Position numbers and translations under genes: made by a program
Notes under the pieces: generated by a model
What the model was told of the DNA's origin: nothing
What the model saw: only the letters and a program-made list of their open reading frames with translations
Databases searched by the model: none
In this document: positions 17,647-26,059 of the stretch, in pieces
Layout: every line of letters starts with the position of its first letter
Numbering within the stretch: the first letter of the stretch is position 1
Assembly (NCBI RefSeq): GCF_008189285.1
Contig: NZ_CP043315.1
Span: 150,001 to 182,000, forward strand
Reading direction: 5' to 3'
DNA: 32,000 bases
Source: Candidatus Saccharimonadota bacterium
Lineage (GTDB): Bacteria; Pseudomonadota; Alphaproteobacteria; CAJXXZ01; 1604HC

Positions 17647-18229
17647 AAATATCAAAAAGAAAGTGTTGATGAATAACAAGATTAATGCTGATAGAGTGTC
17701 AGTTATTCATGAAAAAGAACAAATGGGAACAATGTCTTTAATGTCTGCGTTAAATATGGCTGAAGACATGAGGCTAGATTTAGTTCAGGTTTCTGATGGA
17801 AATGTGCCTACTTGTAGATTGATGGATTATAAGCAATTTTTATACAAGCAAAATAAGAAGAATGCAGAAATTAAAAGAAAGTCCAAAACTTTTGAAATTA
17901 AAGAAATACAAATTAGGCCAAAAATAGGTCAACATGATATAGAAACTAAAGTAAAGCATGCTAGAAGATTTTTAGATGCTGGAAATAAAGTTAAAGTTGT
18001 ATTAAGACTAAGAGGAAGAGAAATGGCGCATGTTGAATTGAATGTTGAAAATGTTTTAAAACAATTTGCTACTTATGTTGACGATATTTCTGTAATTGAA
18101 AAAGAGCCAAAACAAGAGATGAGAAATAGAATTTTTATGACATTGAAGCCAGATCAAGCTAAAATAGATAAAAAATTAAAAGATCAAACTGAAATAGACA
18201 AAGGTCAAACTGATTCAGACAAAGAATAA
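17639..18229 (+). CDS. infC: translation initiation factor IF-3
   Basis: LDLVQVS...PTCRLMDYKQFLYKQNKK and the C-domain pattern match IF-3. It overlaps the thrS stop by 8 nt, preserving the conserved thrS-infC linkage. The exact start is uncertain (ATG 17639 or 17669). It has a K/D/Q-rich C-terminal tail. Confidence 0.88.
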   Translation: MNKNIKKKVLMNNKINADRVSVIHEKEQMGTMSLMSALNMAEDMRLDLVQVSDGNVPTCRLMDYKQFLYKQNKKNAEIKRKSKTFEIKEIQIRPKIGQHDIETKVKHARRFLDAGNKVKVVLRLRGREMAHVELNVENVLKQFATYVDDISVIEKEPKQEMRNRIFMTLKPDQAKIDKKLKDQTEIDKGQTDSDKE

Positions 18230-19989
18230 TGAATATTGCCATTCAATTTTTCCAATTAATTTTCAATTTTTCGCGAATATTTTTTTTCGCATTCAGTTTG
18301 TTTTTATTTAATACTGCAAACAAAAAATACATTGAATTGTTTAGTGGCAAAATTTATTTTGAATCAGCAAATTTAACTAATAAAGGTTTTTTAATAAATA
18401 ACATTAATGCGTTTGGTGCTAGGATTGAAAAAATCACAATTGGATTAAGTAAATTAGAGCTATATAAGCTTAATATTTTGAAATTCGATTTCAATTTTAA
18501 CGCTTATTATAAAGATGCATTTCATTTTAATGGAGATTTATTAAATAAAAAAATTAGCTTTGAATCCACAGTGCATAATGGAAAAATTACTTTAAATACA
18601 AAAGGGATTGAAAAAAGCAAATTAATTGGATTTTATACTAATGGCAATATTATTCTAGAGTTATCAAATGGTATCTTAGCTTATTCAGGCGATAAATTAA
18701 TCGCAAAATCAGATACAAAGAAATATTTTCTTCAAACAGAAATTGATTTGAAAAACAAAGAAATTAAGAAAGTTGATTTTTATTTCAAAGATAGAAAAAT
18801 AAAATTATTATTTGACGAGAAATGGGATTTTAAATCTTCAGATGAAAATTTAAATATTGCAATTAATCTTAATAAAGATTTGATAGGATCTGGAAAAATA
18901 AACATTAATAAGAAATTTGGAATACTAGACTCTGATTTGAATTTCAACATTGAGGCAAAAAATATGTCTGTGCATGCTTATGGAAATAAAAACCAATCAA
19001 TAAAAATTCAAGATTTTGACTTGTTAGAAAAAAACATTAAGTGGAATTTATACTTTAATGCTAAAAAACAAGCATTCGAATTAGATTCTGATTCAATTAA
19101 ATTGCATGCTCAATTTTTGACAAATAACATTAAGTTTAATTTTAAGTTGAATTCAAAAAAGATTGATATATCTGCATTTGGATTTATGGATTATGATAAT
19201 AATATTACTATTGAAGGAAATGGAGATTATATTTCCTTGCTTGATATGAAGTCTTTATTTAAGAGCAGTGGAAAAAATACATTGAATGGGAAATTTAAAT
19301 GGAAAAAAGCGCAATGGATTTCTGATCTATATTTGCAAGATATGAAAATTTCTTGCTATAAAAGCGCTGAAGGGTTAGAAAAATGTTCCATTGATGCTAA
19401 TTTTGAAGAAAATCCTATTGTATTGTGGAAAAACATGCTTCACGACCCTTTGTATTTTAAAGTTTGGAATTTTGCTAGAGCATTTGAGCTTATGTATGGA
19501 GATAATATGTTTAAGTCAACTGGGGTATTAGATGGAGAGATTTATGTTGGAGAAAAAGGGATGCCTTGGCATTTTACTTTGCATGATTTTGAAAGCACTC
19601 AGCAGTTTAGTGCAATTTATTTGCAAGTAATATCTTTAAAATTTTGGGCTTCATTATTTAAGCAGAATCAAAAAAAATGGGATTATTTAAGTGGAAGTGG
19701 GTATATATCAAACGATAAATATGAAATTAATGAAATTAAAATGGAGAACGATTATTTCAAAATTGATGGATCAGGATTTATTCATAGATATGAAGATTTG
19801 TTAGATATTAATGGGTTTTTAGGAACAAAATCAATTACGAGCGATCTAAAAGACCTTATGAAATCTAAAGGAAAAAGCAAAGTTGATTTTCATATTCATG
19901 GAAGTTTAAAGAATCCAATTATAGATAATAAGATTGGATTTAGAAAATTAGCCGCCCCTATGCTTCCTTTGGCATTCTTCTTGATATAA
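18229..19989 (+). CDS. membrane-anchored N/K-rich protein, possibly AsmA/TamB-like
   Basis: A 586-aa uninterrupted ORF in a stop-rich AT genome. It has an N-terminal hydrophobic anchor (IFFFAFSLFLF) and long beta-rich repetitive stretches. The C-terminal DFHIHGSLKNPIIDNK resembles the G-x-L-x-x-P motif I remember from AsmA-like proteins. Its ATG overlaps the infC TAA by 1 nt. Confidence 0.4.
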   Translation: MNIAIQFFQLIFNFSRIFFFAFSLFLFNTANKKYIELFSGKIYFESANLTNKGFLINNINAFGARIEKITIGLSKLELYKLNILKFDFNFNAYYKDAFHFNGDLLNKKISFESTVHNGKITLNTKGIEKSKLIGFYTNGNIILELSNGILAYSGDKLIAKSDTKKYFLQTEIDLKNKEIKKVDFYFKDRKIKLLFDEKWDFKSSDENLNIAINLNKDLIGSGKININKKFGILDSDLNFNIEAKNMSVHAYGNKNQSIKIQDFDLLEKNIKWNLYFNAKKQAFELDSDSIKLHAQFLTNNIKFNFKLNSKKIDISAFGFMDYDNNITIEGNGDYISLLDMKSLFKSSGKNTLNGKFKWKKAQWISDLYLQDMKISCYKSAEGLEKCSIDANFEENPIVLWKNMLHDPLYFKVWNFARAFELMYGDNMFKSTGVLDGEIYVGEKGMPWHFTLHDFESTQQFSAIYLQVISLKFWASLFKQNQKKWDYLSGSGYISNDKYEINEIKMENDYFKIDGSGFIHRYEDLLDINGFLGTKSITSDLKDLMKSKGKSKVDFHIHGSLKNPIIDNKIGFRKLAAPMLPLAFFLI

Positions 19990-20167
19990 TTTAATAATTT
20001 GCATTATTTTCTCTATTTTATTAAATCATAAGATTTCTTTTTTATAAAAGATTTTTTCTTTAAAGAATGCATAACATTAATTGATTTTTTATAATTTAGC
20101 TTTGTTTCATTTCTTATGAAATAAACGTATTCTAATAATAAGAATTCTGACTTCATTTTATGTTTAA

Positions 20168-20404
20168 ATTATAAAATTAGTAGTTGATCTGATCAAAGAA
20201 TGAATTATATAATTATTGCAGGAAAGAAATAGTCAGAAAATAATATTATTGCTTTAAAATTCATAAATAGATAAGAGGAAACATTGATTGAAGAAAGTCT
20301 ATATCAAGAGCTAAGTTTCATCAATTAAAATTTCATGATTCTTAGATGTTCAAAGAGCGTGAGTTTAACTCTTAATGAATGCCTATGTGAAAAGATTGAT
20401 GAAG
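20168..20404 (+). pseudogene. decayed duplicate of the thrS 3' end, probably running into an infC 5' remnant
   Basis: 20191-20265 aligns ungapped with thrS 17506-17580 at 64/75 positions (hand count), including a 29-nt exact run (17516-17544 = 20201-20229). An in-frame TAG at 20230-20232 replaces the GAG codon. The weaker, gapped matches to infC are 20341-20355 vs 17774-17789 and 20374-20404 vs 17801-17827. Confidence 0.7.
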
Positions 20405-21139
20405 TAAAAATATTATTGATGTTGAATAAAATGATATTAAAGCAACTTCTTAAGCTTAATTTTATTTATATAGATTGCTCTGTCTTAGATAATATATCTA
20501 CTGTTTGAGTACTGTTGCTTTAATTTGTTATTCATAGCTATCTAAATGCTTCTTAATTTCAAAATATTTCTCTTTGTAAATAAGTCATAGGATAAGAAAT
20601 AATTTGCATTATAGCAATTAAGTATGCATTTTTAAATAAATAGAGAATAAATTAAACGTCAAAAGCGAATAGGGATCATTTAAGAATTAGTAATGAATAT
20701 GATAAGTATGGCAAATTAATTTATGCCAAGAAGCTTAATGCAATAAATTAACTCTATTCAAAAAAATTTATTTATAGCCTTGTAGTGCATTTAAATATTT
20801 AGAAAAAATGCTTGTATTTGATGACGTGTATTTTTACATTAGCTTATTGCTATAAACTATTTGCTTTAAGCAGTGCTTATTAAAAATCTTTTGAATTTAT
20901 GAAAAATGAATTACGCTAAAAATTTAACTTATAATAATAGCAATAATTTAAATGCAATACAGTAATTTAGATTGATAAAATTTCATGATTTTGCAGTAAA
21001 AGATAGATAAGCATTAATATATTTTATGCATTATGCAATATATTTTGATAATTTGAATTATGTAAATAAATAATAATTTAAACAAAATGTAATAATTAAT
21101 TAAAAAATTAAATCCTAACTTCAGAAGAAACTAGGAAAG

Positions 21140-21163
21140 ACAATTATACAAGAATATAATTGT
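21140..21163 (-). terminator. candidate hairpin terminator downstream of the outer-membrane protein gene
   Basis: A perfect 9-bp inverted repeat (acaattata 21140-21148 / tataattgt 21155-21163) with a 6-nt loop lies about 30 nt past the stop, followed on the - strand by T/C-rich sequence. The stem is entirely AT-rich, so stability is doubtful. Confidence 0.3.
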
Positions 21164-21191
21164 TGAGTTTGATTTAAAGGGTTTTAACCTA

Positions 21192-22052
21192 TCAACCAAA
21201 TTTGAACATGTCTAGACCAAATCTAATTGCTCCGTTGAATCCAAATGCTTCTTTTCTCTTGAATGAAAGTTCAGCTTTGTCTCCACCTTTTGCAAATGTA
21301 ACATCAGCAATTTTGATATCTTTGTTTGCTCTTAGTTGGCCTGTAACTTCTGCTCCAACAAAAAATGTTTCATTGATTAACCAGTCAGCTCCTAGCTTTA
21401 AGTAACCACCGAAAGAATATTGCATCTTTGTTTTTACTTCTGCAAGATCTTTTCCGCCGTATGTGAATTTAGTGTTATGCATCATAGCACCAATTCCACC
21501 ATTCAAACGCATATTATCCATTGCGTAGTAAGATGCAAATACACCTGTGTAACCAGCAAAGTAATGACTTAGCTTTAAGTGGTTTGTGGCATCTTTTGTA
21601 CCAGCAATGCTTTGTGTTCCTGCTGATGAAGTTACAGGAGTAGCTGAAGTTCCTCCGTTTCCTGTGCTAGAAGAAGTATTCTCAGATGTTGTTTTGTTTT
21701 CATCTGAAATGTCATTCAACCATGCTTCTCTTTTTCCTAGGTCAGCAAAAATTTCCCAACCAATAGCTGCTTGCTTCCACATTTTGTAAGAAACAGAAAG
21801 GCCAGCTCTACCAGCAAAGTATCCAAGATTCTTTGTTTGTTCGAACTTTAACTCTTCGTCACGAGAAAGCTCAACTCCAGCAATGCTTTTACCATCAATG
21901 CTTGATTTGATTTCATTTGCTTTTGAAGATTGGTATCTAACAACAGGAGCTAACCAAATTGATGCGCACCCTTTCTTTGCATAACAAGCTTCAGAGTGAG
22001 CTGAGTTAGCAATTGCTAAAACACTCAAAGATAATAAGATTTTTCCGTACAC
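21192..22052 (-). CDS. beta-barrel outer-membrane protein (porin / surface-antigen-like) with a Ser/Thr-rich loop
   Basis: It has a signal peptide (YGKILLSLSVLAIANSAHS/EA), alternating hydrophobic beta-strand patterns and an aromatic-rich C-terminus (FGLDMFKFG). I set the start at GTG 22052, preceded by AGGGAGG (GGAGG at 22064-22060) with 7-nt spacing, not the ORF-track ATG at 22130. Confidence 0.6.
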   Translation of the reverse strand: MYGKILLSLSVLAIANSAHSEACYAKKGCASIWLAPVVRYQSSKANEIKSSIDGKSIAGVELSRDEELKFEQTKNLGYFAGRAGLSVSYKMWKQAAIGWEIFADLGKREAWLNDISDENKTTSENTSSSTGNGGTSATPVTSSAGTQSIAGTKDATNHLKLSHYFAGYTGVFASYYAMDNMRLNGGIGAMMHNTKFTYGGKDLAEVKTKMQYSFGGYLKLGADWLINETFFVGAEVTGQLRANKDIKIADVTFAKGGDKAELSFKRKEAFGFNGAIRFGLDMFKFG

Positions 22053-22488
22053 GAATACGCCTCCCTTAAATAATTTCAACGCTTTAATAGCGAATACAAT
22101 CATTCTAAGCAAAAAAAACATTAAAAGCAATGTATTCTTTGAGAAATGCGTATAGATTTTCCACTTAAATTGAATGCAATTATCAAGAATTTTAAATAAA
22201 ATGATTTCATCAATACTTAACTATTATTAATTATGATTTAATTGTATATGCATTACCATGAAGTGTTAAATTTTCTGAATTAGGAAAATTTTAACAGAAA
22301 AAAACTTAATTCGTAAATTTTCTATTAATAGTTTTCTTATAAGAAATTGATGTCATATCAAATCTATTTTTTAATTTGCTTTTGATTCATGGTAATTTTT
22401 AAAGAAACTTAAAGAAACTTTTTTGAAAAATCTAGAAATAATTTGCTATATACTTGAGAAAAATCATGAAAAACTGTAATTTTTATTT

Positions 22489-22764
22489 ATGCCATGTAAA
22501 ATTAAGCAAATTTCTATGATGTCTAAAATAGAAGTCGTTGATCCTGATCAAGTGGAGCAAGATTTTGATAACATAATGGATTTGATGCATAAAATGGACA
22601 ATGTTGGTCAATTGAATGGATCTTTATATCAATATTCCTTGAATGCAATAAGGGAAGATAATCCTGTAAATGTTATAAAAAATGAGAATTTTGATCCAAT
22701 GATGAATGCGAATGATTTTAAGGAAAATCTATTTGTTGTGGATGGAGTTGTAGATGAAAAATAA
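22489..22764 (+). CDS. gatC: Asp/Glu-tRNA amidotransferase subunit C (divergent)
   Basis: It lies immediately upstream of gatA and overlaps it by 11 nt. Its size is typical (about 80-91 aa). IREDNP and a C-terminal FVVDGVVDE resemble GatC LRED.. and F.VP.V.E. The start may be the internal ATG at about 22516. Confidence 0.65.
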   Translation: MPCKIKQISMMSKIEVVDPDQVEQDFDNIMDLMHKMDNVGQLNGSLYQYSLNAIREDNPVNVIKNENFDPMMNANDFKENLFVVDGVVDEK

Positions 22765-24211
22765 TTGTTCTAGTTTAAGTTTGAAGCAAATAAGAGATTT
22801 ATTAAAAGTTGGGCAAATATCTCCATTGACCTTAGTTAGTGAGATGTATGATGAGATAGATAAATTTTCTAATCTTAATAATTTTATTGCTTTAAGCAAA
22901 GATATGGCTTTTGAGCAAGCTGAAAAAAGCTGGAAGAGAATAAAAGATGGAAATGCGAGAAAATTAGAGGGAATCCCTATAGGAGTTAAGGATTTGTATG
23001 CTGTAAAAAATCTTAAAATGACCGCATGTTCAAAGGCTTTGGAGAATTTTGTTGCTCCATTTGAATCTCAAGTTACAGAAAATTTGTGGAATGAAGGAGC
23101 TATTTGTCTTGGAAAATTGAATATGGATGAATTTGCTATGGGATCTTCAAATAGAACTAGTTGTTTTGGAGCGTCTATTAATCCATGGAGCAATGGAGAT
23201 AAATTAGTTCCTGGTGGATCGTCTGGAGGAAGCGCTTCCGCAGTTGCTTCTGGAACTTGTTTTGCTGCATTGGGAAGTGATACAGGTGGGTCTGTTAGAC
23301 AGCCAGCTTCATTTTGTGGGATAGTTGGATTTAAGCCATCTTATGGACGATGTTCTAGAAGAGGAATGATTGCATATGCTTCTTCGTTTGATCAAGCTGG
23401 AATATTTGCTAGATCTGTCGAAGACGCCGCGATTATGATGGATAGCATGATGAGTCATGATTCTGGAGATTCCATGTCTAGCATGGAAAAAATACCAAAT
23501 CTAGAAAATGCGAACATATCAGTTAAAGGTAAAGTTATAGGGTATCCAGCAAATTGGATGGATGACTTAGATTCTCATGTAGTTAATAATTGGAAGAAGG
23601 CTTTGAAAATTCTTGAAGACCTTGGAGCTATTATTAAGCCTATTGATTTATTAGAATTTGACGCCTATTTGTCAACATATTACTTATTAACTTCTTCAGA
23701 AGCTGCTTCTAATTTAGCTAGATACACTGGAGTTTGCTATGGAAATAAAACAGATAAAAAAATAAACCCTGAATATAATAAAACTTTTGCTTTATTTGGA
23801 GAAGAAGTAAGAAGAAGAATATTTATGGGTGTTCATAATTTGTCTCAAGAAAACTATGAAAATGGATATAGCTTAGGGCTAAAAACAAGAAAATATATCA
23901 AAAATCAATTCATGGATTTATTTAATGATGTGAGTATGATTGTTTATCCTTGCTCTCCTAGAGAAGCATTTGGAGTTGATAGTGTATTCCAAAATCCATC
24001 AGATGCTTATCATGAAGATGTATTTACAGTGATTGCAAATCTTATTGGATCTCCTGCTATTTCTGTGCCTATTGGGCTTGGAAAAAACAATCTTCCTCTT
24101 GGGATTCATTTGATGACAAAATCATTTGAGGAGGAATTCTTGATTTCTGCTGCTAAGGAAATTGAAAAATACGCTGAATTTAAAGGATGGTTAGATTATG
24201 ACAAAAAATAA
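22754..24211 (+). CDS. gatA: Asp/Glu-tRNA amidotransferase subunit A
   Basis: Carries the amidase signature GGSSGGSASAVASG and GSDTGGSVRQPASFCG. Confidence 0.93.
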   Translation: MKNNCSSLSLKQIRDLLKVGQISPLTLVSEMYDEIDKFSNLNNFIALSKDMAFEQAEKSWKRIKDGNARKLEGIPIGVKDLYAVKNLKMTACSKALENFVAPFESQVTENLWNEGAICLGKLNMDEFAMGSSNRTSCFGASINPWSNGDKLVPGGSSGGSASAVASGTCFAALGSDTGGSVRQPASFCGIVGFKPSYGRCSRRGMIAYASSFDQAGIFARSVEDAAIMMDSMMSHDSGDSMSSMEKIPNLENANISVKGKVIGYPANWMDDLDSHVVNNWKKALKILEDLGAIIKPIDLLEFDAYLSTYYLLTSSEAASNLARYTGVCYGNKTDKKINPEYNKTFALFGEEVRRRIFMGVHNLSQENYENGYSLGLKTRKYIKNQFMDLFNDVSMIVYPCSPREAFGVDSVFQNPSDAYHEDVFTVIANLIGSPAISVPIGLGKNNLPLGIHLMTKSFEEEFLISAAKEIEKYAEFKGWLDYDKK

Positions 24212-25628
24212 TTGGAAATTGGTGATTGGATTAGAGGTGCATGCTCAAATTTCAACTAAATCTAAGTTGTTTTCTAGAGCATCTACTGCCTGTGAATCTC
24301 CAAATACTTGTGTGGATTATCTTGATTTGGGACTTCCTGGCGCTCTTCCTGTTTTGAATAAAGAATGTGTTAGGAAGGCCATAATATCTGGACATGCTTT
24401 AAATATGACCATTAATCATACTTCTCAATTTGATAGAAAACATTATTTTTACCCAGATTTGCCTTTGGGTTATCAAATTACACAATTCTATCATCCAATT
24501 GCTGAAAATGGATCTGTGCCAATTTGGATTGGTCAAGAAATTAAAAATATTGGAATCAATAGAATACACATGGAAACTGATGCTGGAAAAAGCACTCATA
24601 AAGATGGAAAAACGTACATTGATTTAAATAGATGTGGAATTCCTCTTATGGAAATTGTTACAGAGCCAGATTTTAGAAGTGAAGAAGAAGTAGCTACATT
24701 CTTTAGGATTTTACAGGCAACTTTGCGAAAAATTGGAACTTGTGATGGAAATATGGATAAAGGGCAGATGAGAGCTGATGTAAATGTATCCTTGAGAAGA
24801 TCTGATGATGATGAATTTGGGACAAGAGTTGAGATAAAAAATATAAATTCTGTGAATTTTATGAAAAAAGCAATTGCATATGAATATGAAAGACAGGCAA
24901 AAATACTAGAATCTGGAGAGAAAATTATTCAAGAAACTAGGTTATTTAATGAAAATACATGCACTACATCTCATATGAGAAACAAGGAAGATGCTGCTGA
25001 TTATCGTTATATGCCTGATCCAGATCTGCCTCTTTTGATCTTGGATGATGAAATGAAGAATGAAAAAATAGAAGATAAGTCAATTCTTCCTTACAATATT
25101 TGCAAAGATATCGTTAGCTTGGGGGTTTCATATCAAGATGCTTGGATTGTAGCTGAAAATCCTCAGTTGACGAATTTATTTTATGAGGCTGGGAAGTTAT
25201 TGAATTCAGAAGACAAGATTACTCTTTTTAAATGGATCATTGGAGATGTAATTTCATATATGAAGAAAAATTCTGAAGCTGTAGTTAATCCTAGTTATTT
25301 GAGTAGTTTGATTGCTGAATTGAGCAAGGGAAATATTTCAGGAAAAGCTGCAAAAGAAGTATTGTTAAATATGATTGAGCAAAATAAGAGCCCTGTTGAA
25401 ATTATTAAAGAAAAAGGGCTTGCTCAAATAAATTCTTCTGAAGAGATTAGAAGTATAGTTAGTGATGTTATGAAAAATCATCAAAAAGAAATTGAATCCT
25501 ATAAAAATGGAAATGAAAATTTAAAGCAATTCTTTGTTGGTCAAGTAATTAAATCAACAAAAGGAAAAGCTAATCCAAAAATTACTCAAGATGAGGTAAT
25601 GAATTATCTAAACAATATTAAAATATGA
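24198..25628 (+). CDS. gatB: Asp/Glu-tRNA amidotransferase subunit B
   Basis: Contains GLEVHAQI, YFYPDLP, DLNRCGIPLMEIVTEPD, RADVNVS and the C-terminal GatB/YqeY tail. It overlaps gatA by 14 nt. Confidence 0.93.
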   Translation: MTKNNWKLVIGLEVHAQISTKSKLFSRASTACESPNTCVDYLDLGLPGALPVLNKECVRKAIISGHALNMTINHTSQFDRKHYFYPDLPLGYQITQFYHPIAENGSVPIWIGQEIKNIGINRIHMETDAGKSTHKDGKTYIDLNRCGIPLMEIVTEPDFRSEEEVATFFRILQATLRKIGTCDGNMDKGQMRADVNVSLRRSDDDEFGTRVEIKNINSVNFMKKAIAYEYERQAKILESGEKIIQETRLFNENTCTTSHMRNKEDAADYRYMPDPDLPLLILDDEMKNEKIEDKSILPYNICKDIVSLGVSYQDAWIVAENPQLTNLFYEAGKLLNSEDKITLFKWIIGDVISYMKKNSEAVVNPSYLSSLIAELSKGNISGKAAKEVLLNMIEQNKSPVEIIKEKGLAQINSSEEIRSIVSDVMKNHQKEIESYKNGNENLKQFFVGQVIKSTKGKANPKITQDEVMNYLNNIKI

Positions 25629-25697
25629 ATTTTAATATTTTTTAATGACATCATTTTCTCTTTCTTATAGTTTTCAAATATTGCAAAATCGATAAAT

Positions 25698-25733
25698 AAT
25701 AAGATTGGTTAAAAAAATAAGATTGGTTAAAAA
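25698..25733. repeat. 18-bp tandem repeat x2 (aataagattggttaaaaa)
   Basis: Exact copies at 25698-25715 and 25716-25733, downstream of gatB. Confidence 0.9.
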
Positions 25734-26059
25734 TTTCAATGAAGGTAATTTAATAAGATTTATGGAATTTACGTAATAGATTTGCAAAGCATGTTAAGGG
25801 TCAAATTTGTTTAATAATTTAATAAATTTTAAAAGAAATAATTCTATTGCGATTTTATTAATTGATGCGAATATACTTAAATTTTCATAATAACCCATTG
25901 TTAATTGAGCCGCCGTTGAATTGCAAAATATTTATTTAGCATTTAAATTATTTTATTGCTTATTAGCTGTTGAATTTATTTTGCATATCTTTTTAATTTC
26001 CGATTTGTGTTGATGTTGCTGTGATATACATTTTGTTGCAGATCATATAAAGTTTATTT

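Noticed and set aside
22053-22130. Upstream ATG start (22130) for the outer-membrane protein
   Set aside because: GTG 22052 has a near-perfect AGGGAGG Shine-Dalgarno element at 7-nt spacing and yields a canonical signal peptide. The longer form would bury the signal peptide behind 26 extra residues.
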